From assembly GCA_052279835.1 (NCBI GenBank), contig CP181291.1:64001-128000 (forward strand): a stretch of 64,000 bases of DNA, in the 5' to 3' direction. The translations under genes and the position numbers were made by a program. Positions 8,863 through 18,217 of the stretch are shown in pieces; the first letter of the stretch is position 1; every line of letters starts with the position of its first letter. Source of the stretch: Microcoleus sp. (GTDB taxonomy: Bacteria; Cyanobacteriota; Cyanobacteriia; Cyanobacteriales; Microcoleaceae). The notes under the pieces are model-generated. The model had not been told where the DNA came from and ran no database searches. It saw only the letters and a program-made list of their open reading frames with translations.

Positions 8863-10713
8863 TCAATTCATTTTTCGTGGCAATTCGATCCGAAATGTGG
8901 AACCTTTTCCTACTTGACTTTCTACTGTAAGTGTGCTGTTCATCATTTGTGCCAAAGACGCACTAATGGCTAGTCCTAAACCAATGCCGGGATATTGGCG
9001 ACTGGTAGTTCGATCGGCTTGGTGGAACTTGTCAAAAATATGTGGTAATTCGGCTTCGCTGATCCCAATTCCTGTATCAGTGACCTTGATAATTAGTCGA
9101 TCGAGGCTTAGTTCTCGCACAGAAATGCCAATGTTTCCCTGATGAGTAAATTTAATCGCATTGGACATGAGATTCACCAAAAGTTGCCGCAAGCGCGACT
9201 GATCGTGAACTATCAATCGCTCCTGCAAACACACGCTGACAGACAGGGACAAATTTTTGTCTGTAACCTGATTTCCAAATTCCAGGGCGGTAGCGATTAC
9301 CAACTGGGCTAAATCAAATTCGGCTATTTCTAATTTAGTCCCACAAGTCTCCATTTTCGAGATATCGAGGATATCGTTAATCAGCAATAGCAGATTTTTA
9401 CCATTATTAAAAATACGCCCCACAAAATCTCTTTGCTGAGGAGTCAGTAGTTGTTTTTCCTGGCGTAGCAGCAATTGTGAAAAACCGATAATTGCATTCA
9501 TGGGAGTTCGCAATTCATGGGACATAGTTGTCAAAAATTGCGATTTTAACTTGGCTGCTTCTAGCAGTTGCAATTTTTGCTGTTGAATGAGGCAACTTTG
9601 CTTTTCTAATTCTGCTTGCTGGCGAAGTAAGAGCTGATTTTGTAAGTCTAAAAGCTGTTCCTGTTTTTGCTTAATTTCGATCGCCTGCGCGCTATGAATC
9701 GCGATCGCAGCTTGTCTGCCGATCGCCCCCAGCAGTTGCATAGTTGCATCGTCAATAGCTTGGCTATCTTGCCAATTACCGATCGCCAACACCCCCAAAC
9801 GCCCTGTTGGCAAAGACTCGATCGCCACTGCACAAGCAGCAGGCACTTCTGCGCCGGACTCCTGGGATGACAATTGAGACTTTCCCGTAGCAAAGGCTTG
9901 GGATAGCAGGGCATCTTGCACGTACAGGGTTTTACCCCCAGCAAATTTTTCCGCCCCAGTGACTGCACTTAACTGGAGGCTGTGGTTATCGTCGCAGTTG
10001 GGGAGGGCCACCAAGCAAAATTGAGCCTCGGCGATCGTCTCAACTACCGCATCCGCTATGGCTTGGAAGAGTTCGCACAGGCTTACCGCCGGCTGGTGCA
10101 ACAGATTTGTAAACCGTTCCACAACTTGCAAATGGTGCTGCTGCGCATCTTTAGCCACGCTGGTTGCATTCAAGTTTTCTGCTGTCTCGCTAGCTTTGGA
10201 GTCCGGAAAACTCTTGAGAGATACTGGTTCTGCTTCCTGCCTTTCTTGAGTTTGCTTGAACCCATCTATATCTGTATAGGTTCCCACCCACTCTAAAACT
10301 CCCTCGCCGAGGGTGGGGACGCGGGAAAATTTGGCTAGGTTCCATCGGTAAATACCCGATCGCGTCCTGAGCCGCAATTCTATTTCATAATTAGAGTCTA
10401 GGCTCGCAGTCTGCCCCGATCGCCAGGGGAAGCGAGCTCTGTCTTCTGGATGAACTGACTCCAGATAGCCGAAATCCAAGGCTGCTGTGGCGGGTACTCC
10501 TGTATACTCTTCCCAGGCACGGTTCAAATAAGTCACCGCCCCATCAGCATTTGCTTGCCAAATTATGTGAGGAATGGTCTTTAACAGGCGATCGAGCTGA
10601 TGCTCCCAAGAGTTAACAGGTGGTTGCCCTGGTGTTATTTCCGCTGCCCTATGGGAACTTTCCAGGTCGAAAAAGTCCGAAGAAAAAGAGTGCTTTCCGT
10701 AATAGTGAGTCAT
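8863..10713 (-). CDS. PAS-GAF sensor histidine kinase
   Basis: PAS (VHPEDR), GAF-like segment, H-box MSHELRTPMNAIIGFS, NLMSNAIKFT, DTGIGI, GLGLAI. Confidence 0.92.
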   Translation of the reverse strand: MTHYYGKHSFSSDFFDLESSHRAAEITPGQPPVNSWEHQLDRLLKTIPHIIWQANADGAVTYLNRAWEEYTGVPATAALDFGYLESVHPEDRARFPWRSGQTASLDSNYEIELRLRTRSGIYRWNLAKFSRVPTLGEGVLEWVGTYTDIDGFKQTQERQEAEPVSLKSFPDSKASETAENLNATSVAKDAQQHHLQVVERFTNLLHQPAVSLCELFQAIADAVVETIAEAQFCLVALPNCDDNHSLQLSAVTGAEKFAGGKTLYVQDALLSQAFATGKSQLSSQESGAEVPAACAVAIESLPTGRLGVLAIGNWQDSQAIDDATMQLLGAIGRQAAIAIHSAQAIEIKQKQEQLLDLQNQLLLRQQAELEKQSCLIQQQKLQLLEAAKLKSQFLTTMSHELRTPMNAIIGFSQLLLRQEKQLLTPQQRDFVGRIFNNGKNLLLLINDILDISKMETCGTKLEIAEFDLAQLVIATALEFGNQVTDKNLSLSVSVCLQERLIVHDQSRLRQLLVNLMSNAIKFTHQGNIGISVRELSLDRLIIKVTDTGIGISEAELPHIFDKFHQADRTTSRQYPGIGLGLAISASLAQMMNSTLTVESQVGKGSTFRIELPRKMN

Positions 10714-11108
10714 AATTACATTTTATAAATAAGAGTCGAGGGTTAGCGCTCAAACCAAATAAATAGTCCGGCTGCTAGCTCCATCAATTTTGATTGCCTT
10801 AGTGCATCAAAAGTTTTTATATATCAAATTTATCCAGTCACGGAACTGTTTACATCTATCAAGGGGCGGACAAAGGGATAATTTAATCCGATGGTGAAAA
10901 CGTGGAGAGCCTACCTGTCCCCATAGCGTGAATCAGATGGTGCAGCCAAATTACTTAACAATTAATTTGCAATTGTGCGATTCCCTGAGTATGCTGGAAC
11001 AAGATAGGCGATCGGGCTAACCCGATGGTCGATCGCATTCTCAAATCGAGTCTGTTAGCTGAGTCATTTGGCTATATTTAAAAATTTCAGCAGGGCATTA
11101 GAAAAAAA

Positions 11109-11831
11109 ATGAGTAAAATTCGCGTTGCTTTGATCGAAGACCATGACCTAACCAGAGTTGGTATCCGTACAGCTTTACAACAGAGTGATACCATAGAAGT
11201 TGTGGGGGATGCCGCGAATGCGACAGAGGGATTGAAACTGCTTGAGTCTTCCAAACCTGATGTGGCCATTGTAGATATTGGGTTGCCGGATTTTGACGGA
11301 ATTGAACTGACCCAAAAATTCAAAAAAGCGATCGTTCCAGACTCCGATCCAGACACAAAGGTTTTGATTCTGACTTTTCAGGACAATGAAGAAGAAGTCC
11401 TGGCAGCGTTTGCCGCCGGAGCTGACTCTTACTGCATGAAAGATATCAGTTTTGACCAGTTGTTAGATGTGGTCAAAGTCACTCACGAAGGCCAGTCTTG
11501 GATTGACCCGGCGATCGCTCGTATAGTCCTGAAACAAGCTCGCACTAAGGAGTCTGCCCCGGAAGAACAAAAATCTGAGGGTAAAAAAGTTACAATTAAA
11601 GCTGCGGAACCAGAGTTTACTCACATTATTGAAACTTACCCTTTGACCGGGCGGGAATTAGAAGTTTTGGAGCTAATTGTGCAGGGCTATAGCAATGCTG
11701 CTATTGCGGAAAAACTTTACATTACTGTGGGCACTGTCAAAACTCATGTCCGCAATATTTTGAACAAATTGTGCGCTGATGACCGCACTCAAGCTGCTGT
11801 TCTAGCCCTTCGTTCTGGCTTGGTTGGATGA
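11109..11831 (+). CDS. NarL/LuxR-family response regulator
   Basis: REC (IEDH, VDIGLPD) plus LuxR HTH (LTGRELEVLELIVQGYSNAAIAEKLYITVGTVKTH); divergent from the kinase. Confidence 0.93.
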   Translation: MSKIRVALIEDHDLTRVGIRTALQQSDTIEVVGDAANATEGLKLLESSKPDVAIVDIGLPDFDGIELTQKFKKAIVPDSDPDTKVLILTFQDNEEEVLAAFAAGADSYCMKDISFDQLLDVVKVTHEGQSWIDPAIARIVLKQARTKESAPEEQKSEGKKVTIKAAEPEFTHIIETYPLTGRELEVLELIVQGYSNAAIAEKLYITVGTVKTHVRNILNKLCADDRTQAAVLALRSGLVG

Positions 11832-11888
11832 AGAGTAATTGGTCTGAAGTAGGTCGTTTTAATTAAACGTAAAAAACTTCTATTTTAA

Positions 11889-11917
11889 AACCCCGACTTG
11901 TTTAATCAGTCGGGGTT
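11889..11917. repeat. Short palindromic dispersed repeat / possible terminator (CCCCGACTT-N-AGTCGGGG family)
   Basis: AACCCCGACT...AGTCGGGGTT; related copies at 17639-17667 and 35920-35953, all at gene 3' ends. Confidence 0.6.
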
Positions 11918-12268
11918 CTGCGTATTATTTTTTTTGGCAATGCGGTTATATAAACAAGATGAATTAGGGTCAAAAACCAAGTCGCTCGAAAAAATAGAAA
12001 ATTCTCAAACAGAAATTTACGCATCAAAGCAGTTTCGGGTCACGAAGTTTTCAAGTCATGAACAATTGTCAGGCATCTATCCTTGTGGATAACTTTAAAT
12101 TCATACTTTTTTAAGTAAATACACCTTAAGATAGATGCGGAATAATTACTCATACAAAAAACCAAGAGGGAAGAGGGTGCTGCGACGGAGTTTATCCTGC
12201 CCTTCGACCCTTCTATTTCGCTCAGGAACCGAATCCGACTGTCCACTGTCAATTGTCAACACTTATTA

Positions 12269-14929
12269 CTAATTGCAGTTGGGACTACAAGTCAATTTCC
12301 ATTCTCTATTTTCCATGCACAATTGGGTTGTCGCTATCACAGATAGTGGCTTGCTAAAGAAGTAACCTTGAGCCATATCGCACTTGAGGGAATGCAAAAA
12401 TTCCAACTGTTCTGGGGTTTCCACTCCCTCAGCAATTACTTCTAAATTCAATCCCTGTCCCAAGGCGATCGCCACTTTCACAATAGCAGCACCGCTGGCA
12501 CCATTCATCAAATCTGCCACGAAGGAGCGATCGATTTTTAAATTGTTCAGTGGTAGGTGTTTGAGAGACCACAAAGAAGAATAACCAGTGCCAAAATCGT
12601 CTAGAGAAATCCGAATTCCCATTTGCTGCAACTGCTCCAATACAGACACCGTAAATTTTACATCTGTCATGGCAATGCTTTCGGTAATTTCTATTTCTAA
12701 ATACTCTGGATCTAGGCCAGTTTCCGATAAGATTTTAGCGATTGTTTGTACAGTGTTATGTTGCTGAAACTGACGGGCAGATAAATTGACAGCTACCCGC
12801 ATTGGTGGCAGTCCCATTAACTGCCATTCTCGATTTTGAAGGCAAGCAGTTCGCAGCACCCATTCGTCAATCTGGCAGATTAATCCTGTTTCCTCAGCTA
12901 AGGGAATAAATCGATCTGGACCCATCAAACCGCGATCGGGATGCTCCCAACGAACTAAAGCTTCTAGGGCGACTATTTTGCCACTATTTATATCTATTTG
13001 TGGCTGGTAGTAGAGCAAAAATTCTGAATTTTCTAGAGCTCGGTAAAGATTATTTTCTAATACCAGACGCTCCGATGCTTTGTTGCCGATCGCTCTGGTA
13101 TAAAACTGATAATTATTCCGACCTTTCTGTTTCGCTTTGTACATAGCAGCATCGGCGTTTTTCAGCAAAGTTTCGGCATCTTCGCCATCGTAGGGAGCCA
13201 AAGCAATTCCCAAGCTGGCTTTGATATAAAGTTCCTGCTCATCAAAGTGAAAAGGAGTACATAAACTGTGGAGAATCTGCTGGCAAGTATCAATGGCATC
13301 CTGGGCGCTGCTAATATTGTACAGCAGTAAAGTAAATTCATCTCCGCCCCAACGGGCAATGGAATCGCCCACGCGCAAACAATTGGTTAAGCGCCAAGAT
13401 ACTGCTTGGAGTAACTGGTCGCCTACAGCATGACCAAGGGTATCGTTAACATTTTTAAAACCATCCAAATCAAGAAATATCACGGCCAACATTTCGGCGT
13501 TTTGGTGAGCGTTAACTACAGCTAGGGACAGTTGTTCGTTAAACAGCAATTTGTTAGCTAAACCTGTTAGTTGGTCGTGGGAAGCTTGATGTCGAATCAT
13601 TGCTTCTACGCGCCTTTGCATTGCCGCCATATAAAGATGAGTTGCCAAGGATTTTGCTAGCTTCAGTTCATCAGTCTTCCAGTTTCTACCTTGTTGTTTT
13701 TTTATTTCTTTCCAGGCTGCAAATGACTTTCTGGGACGGTCGTTTCTTGCCTGGGAATCACACTGTCCAGCCCATAAAGTTTCTGTTTCTATTTCACTGC
13801 GAAATATGGTAAGACAGCCGATGCACTGATCTCGATATTGCAGTGGCACTGCCAGCATTGACCGGATAGAAACTTCCAGAAAAGATGAAGATAAAGATTT
13901 AAGTTTAGGTGCTTGAGAAATATCGGAAATCGCATATAATTGGGGGATTATATAATTAGTAATTGTTAAACCTTTTCCCTGGTAGTTGTCTCTGGAAATA
14001 TCGGGAAAAATCCCAGGATTTTCCGGATCAATTTCCTCATTTATTTCGACTATTAATGATTGTTTCAAACCCATTATCTCTTGCCAAAACTGGCTTTTTT
14101 CTAGTTCTAAATGCTGTGGCTGTTGACCGCAGGTATAAAGTTCCGCTGGCCAATTCACTCCTTCGGGGGCAATGTACAATCTACCGCCACAACCTGCTAA
14201 AGATTTGACGGTTTGTTCTAGGACTGTGTGTCTAATTTCTGTCAATTCTAGGGGAGAGTGGAGCAAACTGCTAATTTGGTTGACAATGGCTTCATCGCGA
14301 GCTTGCTGTCGAGCTTGACTGAGCAGAAAAGATTGGGCGATCGCAATTGACAGTTGATCCACAAGCAATTGCACAATTTTTAATTCTCGATCGCTAAACC
14401 GTTTCGGTTGCGTGTGATGACAAGCCAAGATCCCCCAAAGCTGATTTTGATGCAAAATCGGCACGGTGAGGGAAGAATGGACACCCATCGTCCTCAGATA
14501 TTCTATGTGACACGGGTCTACCTTAGCATAGCGAATATCTTCAGCCGCTAAAGTTTTTCCTGTTTCGGGACAATCTAATCGATTAATTGTTTGATGATTC
14601 AATCCGACATCTATAATTACTCGCTGTCTAGCTTTGACAAACATTTCGCGAGCGGTTTTGGGAATGTCGGTTGCTGGAAAATGTAAGCCCAGCAGTGACG
14701 GCAAATTATTGTCCTTAATCGACTCAGCAATTACCTCACCGCTGCCATCAGGTTCAAACCGATAAATTTTTACCCGATCGCTCTCTAACAAGTTACCGAG
14801 TTCTTTTACGGTTGTCATCAAAATCTCTTGCAGTTCTAAAGAGTGTCGGATGCGAGTAGTAATTCTGTTGAGTAAACTCTCCTCTTCCACAGCCGATCTG
14901 GACATTTTTATAATTCTTTTTCGAGCCAT
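12269..14929 (-). CDS. Cph2-like knotless phytochrome with GGDEF and EAL output (GAF-GAF/PHY-GGDEF-EAL)
   Basis: HFPATDIP and VDPCHIEYL bilin-binding GAF motifs; tongue motifs LWAG...PRKSF..W; RWGGDEF; EALVRW, DDFGTGYSS, EGVET. Confidence 0.88.
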   Translation of the reverse strand: MARKRIIKMSRSAVEEESLLNRITTRIRHSLELQEILMTTVKELGNLLESDRVKIYRFEPDGSGEVIAESIKDNNLPSLLGLHFPATDIPKTAREMFVKARQRVIIDVGLNHQTINRLDCPETGKTLAAEDIRYAKVDPCHIEYLRTMGVHSSLTVPILHQNQLWGILACHHTQPKRFSDRELKIVQLLVDQLSIAIAQSFLLSQARQQARDEAIVNQISSLLHSPLELTEIRHTVLEQTVKSLAGCGGRLYIAPEGVNWPAELYTCGQQPQHLELEKSQFWQEIMGLKQSLIVEINEEIDPENPGIFPDISRDNYQGKGLTITNYIIPQLYAISDISQAPKLKSLSSSFLEVSIRSMLAVPLQYRDQCIGCLTIFRSEIETETLWAGQCDSQARNDRPRKSFAAWKEIKKQQGRNWKTDELKLAKSLATHLYMAAMQRRVEAMIRHQASHDQLTGLANKLLFNEQLSLAVVNAHQNAEMLAVIFLDLDGFKNVNDTLGHAVGDQLLQAVSWRLTNCLRVGDSIARWGGDEFTLLLYNISSAQDAIDTCQQILHSLCTPFHFDEQELYIKASLGIALAPYDGEDAETLLKNADAAMYKAKQKGRNNYQFYTRAIGNKASERLVLENNLYRALENSEFLLYYQPQIDINSGKIVALEALVRWEHPDRGLMGPDRFIPLAEETGLICQIDEWVLRTACLQNREWQLMGLPPMRVAVNLSARQFQQHNTVQTIAKILSETGLDPEYLEIEITESIAMTDVKFTVSVLEQLQQMGIRISLDDFGTGYSSLWSLKHLPLNNLKIDRSFVADLMNGASGAAIVKVAIALGQGLNLEVIAEGVETPEQLEFLHSLKCDMAQGYFFSKPLSVIATTQLCMENREWKLTCSPNCN

Positions 14930-15405
14930 TTTTTTTGATCCCCAAGGCTGATAATAGCATTTTTGCGAGCTATTATCCTAACTCGCAATCTATTACAGAA
15001 TATAACAATCTAAGCAATATAAGCAATACTGACTACATAATAGTATTATGTTGTATCAATATCAATAATTTTTCTAGTGATGTTACAGAGGTTAAGTTCT
15101 GTAAAGGGAAGGGAGCGAGAGTACAGGCTCATCCTTGAAAACAGATGAAAATATAGCCTTTCTCACTTAGGTCAGATACACCAGGTCCTGGGCAAGAGCT
15201 AATGGTGAGGTGCGTACTTTACTTTCTTGAGAAAGGCTATAGTCTGATTTAAACCTCGGAAGTTAGGGCAGTGGAAAACTTGGGAATCTAGATAATGCTT
15301 TAGGTCTTTGGCTGGCATACTTTACAAGGAAATGGAATGAATGTTGAGTTAAATTTATGTTATAGGATAAGTAAAATTACACAGAAACTGCCTGAGTCGG
15401 CATTT

Positions 15406-15840
15406 ATGAATTACCCCAACTGGAATCTGAATTTAGAATATTCGTTTGCTAAGAGCGATCGACTGCTGGTTGATCAACGTCCCTTAGTCTTAGCTATAGA
15501 CGACAATCACGACAACTTAGAGCTGCTAGCACAAATACTCGATTTATTTGGTTACGAGTGCGTCAGAGCCCTAGACGGTCGCACAGCTCTTTCCGTAGCA
15601 GTTTCCCGACCACCCGACCTAATTTTGCTAGACATTTGTTTACCGGATATCGACGGTATAGAACTGATGAGCCGTCTCAAGCAAAATCCACAACTGATAA
15701 ATATTCCGATTATTGCTGTCACAGCACTAGCAAAAACCGAAGACCGCGATCGGATTTTGCAAGCCGGCTGCGTTGCATATATTTCCAAACCTTTTGATAT
15801 CGATCAATTAGAAATAACTATCCATCGCTATCTCAATTAG
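15406..15840 (+). CDS. Single-domain response regulator (CheY/DivK-like)
   Basis: VLAIDDN, ILLDICLPDIDG, IIAVTALA, YISKPF; start inferred (open frame extends to 15337). Confidence 0.85.
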   Translation: MNYPNWNLNLEYSFAKSDRLLVDQRPLVLAIDDNHDNLELLAQILDLFGYECVRALDGRTALSVAVSRPPDLILLDICLPDIDGIELMSRLKQNPQLINIPIIAVTALAKTEDRDRILQAGCVAYISKPFDIDQLEITIHRYLN

Positions 15841-16154
15841 AACCAGAACCTGATTGGAAAGGCTGTTTTAGTAGAAAAAATGTAGTCAAACGCACCAAGA
15901 AATATGGAACAACTGATTTATGAAAATATATTTAACTTTTGATAAGCTAATAAATAGTGGCGACATTTTAATAAATGTAACTTGAGGAACATTTTTCAAA
16001 TCATAAAACCAATACGGTAGAAAGATGTTATTCGATCCAGAAAGAGGGAGAATCAGCGTGTATTTATAGAGCAAAGGGAAAACCGCAAACTTAATGCTGG
16101 ATTAAACGGTAATTTCCTGCGTAAAATCGACTTCGCACGAGACCATACTATGGA

Positions 16155-16409
16155 GTGTTAGATATGCTGAAACAAATGTGCTGGTTGCCCAGATTGGGAA
16201 GCAATGGAGAAAAAATATTGCACCTACGCACTGAACCCCGCCAACCGTGGCGACCTTATACAGCTTTTCCACAGTACGCTGCATCGGACTACCTAGAACC
16301 GGATGGTTCTAAAGGGTGGGCAACATTTCAAAAACTGAGAACTCAAGGGTGGAATTTACTAGCGAGCGAGGGGCAGCAGTCAGATTTCGGCGAACAAAAA
16401 AGTGCTTGA
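16155..16409 (+). CDS. Small hypothetical protein
   Basis: Protein-like ORF (LHLRTEPRQPWRPYTAFPQYA...GWATFQKLRTQGW) with an upstream GGAG. Confidence 0.55.
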   Translation: MLDMLKQMCWLPRLGSNGEKILHLRTEPRQPWRPYTAFPQYAASDYLEPDGSKGWATFQKLRTQGWNLLASEGQQSDFGEQKSA

Positions 16410-16573
16410 AAATTAGAAGTTATGAGTTATGAATTTAACTCATAACATTCTAATGAATAGCTAGAGCGGTTTCTGAGAAGAGACTGGTTTTTCTAACATT
16501 TGATGGCGACAAATGTTATTGCTCCAGCCCGCACTAGAGTGTGGCGCGGACTGGCTTACCCATTAGTTGTAAA

Positions 16574-17431
16574 CTAAGCTGTCACCTTCTCTTTTTCAAC
16601 GCCGACGGTTTCGGTATCCAACACGGGCTGACGAGTTTTCAAGTTAAACCGATATCTGTGAGGGAGAATGTGCAACTTGACCCCACAAACGGCCAAAGCC
16701 TCATCCTTCAACAGACCGTCTAAATTGTCATGGTTTTTTTCTGACTCGTCGATGACTGTGACAGCGCCTTCGCCAATGACTTCGATTTCGTCACCTGTCA
16801 CCACAATAGCTGTATTTTCATCAATCCCAAATCCCAAGACGGCAGGCTGCTGTAGAAGCGCGGAAATTAACCGTCCCAGACGACCTCGCTGGGCGAAATG
16901 CTGATCGATTACTACCCCAGGAAGGAACCCCATTCCGGGTCCCATGGCTACTACATCTACGCGGGGATTTGTCTCGGAGTCTCCTTCAATAATCATCATG
17001 TCTGGCATCATGGCTGCTCCGGCACTTGTACCGCCAATGACAATACCTTCAGAGAAACGTTTGTGAAGAGCTGCATCGAGTTTGGTGTCTTTCAAGCTGC
17101 TAATAATGCGTGCTTGCTCTCCGCCGGTAAAAAATACCCCTGTTGCTTGTTCGATCGCTTCTAAATAATCAGAATTGTTGCTATCTTCCCGGCCCTGGGT
17201 ATCAACAACTCGCACGTCTTCAGCGCCAAGTCGCTCAAACACTCTGATGTAATTATCTCCTACTTCTCCCGGCAGAGTCGTAGCAGCCGTCATCACCACA
17301 ATTCTGGCTTTGATCCCTCCGGCGCGCCGCAAGAATTCTCGCAGAATTTTACAGTCCCCCTCTTTGTCTTCTGCACCGCCAATTATTACTAACTGCCCCC
17401 GATTTTCGCTGCTAGCCATATAGTCTCTCAT
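16574..17431 (-). CDS. cphB2: Cyanophycinase (second copy, CphB2)
   Basis: IIGGAEDK, FFTGGEQ, GTSAGA (catalytic Ser), IDQHF, GIDENT; divergent from cphA2. Confidence 0.9.
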   Translation of the reverse strand: MRDYMASSENRGQLVIIGGAEDKEGDCKILREFLRRAGGIKARIVVMTAATTLPGEVGDNYIRVFERLGAEDVRVVDTQGREDSNNSDYLEAIEQATGVFFTGGEQARIISSLKDTKLDAALHKRFSEGIVIGGTSAGAAMMPDMMIIEGDSETNPRVDVVAMGPGMGFLPGVVIDQHFAQRGRLGRLISALLQQPAVLGFGIDENTAIVVTGDEIEVIGEGAVTVIDESEKNHDNLDGLLKDEALAVCGVKLHILPHRYRFNLKTRQPVLDTETVGVEKEKVTA

Positions 17432-17490
17432 GTTGGTGGATTTATTTTTTAATAAAACATAGAGTTTCTAGACCGCACTACGACCAAAAG

Positions 17491-17504
17491 GTAGATTTTG
17501 ATAC
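17491..17504. promoter_or_regulatory. Putative NtcA-binding box upstream of cphB2
   Basis: GTA-GATTTTGA-TAC matches the GTA-N8-TAC consensus about 60 bp upstream of cphB2; no clean -10 box at canonical spacing. Confidence 0.35.
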
Positions 17505-17698
17505 AAAATTTCTGGAGTTAGTAACCACAGGGGGTGAGGGCAGGAGGCAGGAAGTAATCAGACTATGGCTTTGAGCGATCTAGGGTGAAGGATGACTGAC
17601 CATGGGGAGCTATCTCAAAACTCAAACGCCACTGTTTTAGCCCCGATTTCTTGAAGAAGTCGAGGCTGTGGGTGTTCTATTGGGGGATGTTTGTCTGC

Positions 17699-17914
17699 TT
17701 AGTGCGATCGCTCAATCAAATTTCTTAATACCGAGCGTGCCCGTTCTAAAGGTAGGTGTCTGGGTTTGCCATTCCAGACAATCTGGTACTCATTGCTGTT
17801 TTGACTGTCGCCATGACCAGAAATCAGCTTCCGATTAAATGCTTCTTCAGCCAGTTGGTGAACCTCATCTCTGAGAGCAGTCTTTGTGTGATTCATAATT
17901 CTGCTTCCTTCCAT
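17699..17914 (-). CDS. Small hypothetical protein in the cphB2-cphA2 interval
   Basis: Helical, protein-like ORF (LRDEVHQLAEEAFNRKLISGHGD...EYQIVWNGKPRHLPLERAR). Confidence 0.6.
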   Translation of the reverse strand: MEGSRIMNHTKTALRDEVHQLAEEAFNRKLISGHGDSQNSNEYQIVWNGKPRHLPLERARSVLRNLIERSH

Positions 17915-18038
17915 GCGCTTTCACAACGATAAATTATTGATTTGGACCACGCACCTCTCAAAAGTTAGAGCTTTTGAAGCCACAAGCTGCTGCTTTAGGC
18001 AGAAGATGTCCCGGAAGAATTGCTGTTAACTGCTAGGA

Positions 18039-18142
18039 TATAGCAATCCTAAATCATTTGTGAATTTCTTACTCCCTCCCCTGATTCAAGAGGAGGGTTG
18101 GGGTGGGGTAAAAAAAATACGACTCCTGCAAGGATGGCTATA
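18039..18142. mobile_element. MITE-like element upstream of cphA2
   Basis: Inverted ends TATAGCAATCCT / AGGATGGCTATA with TA at both boundaries; internal C-rich/G-rich palindrome. Confidence 0.55.
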
Positions 18143-18217
18143 TCTAGGAACGCAGATAGTTTCCCCTGCTATCTCCCTAGAATTATCATAAAATGTGAGC
18201 GAAAAGGAGGTTAGAAA

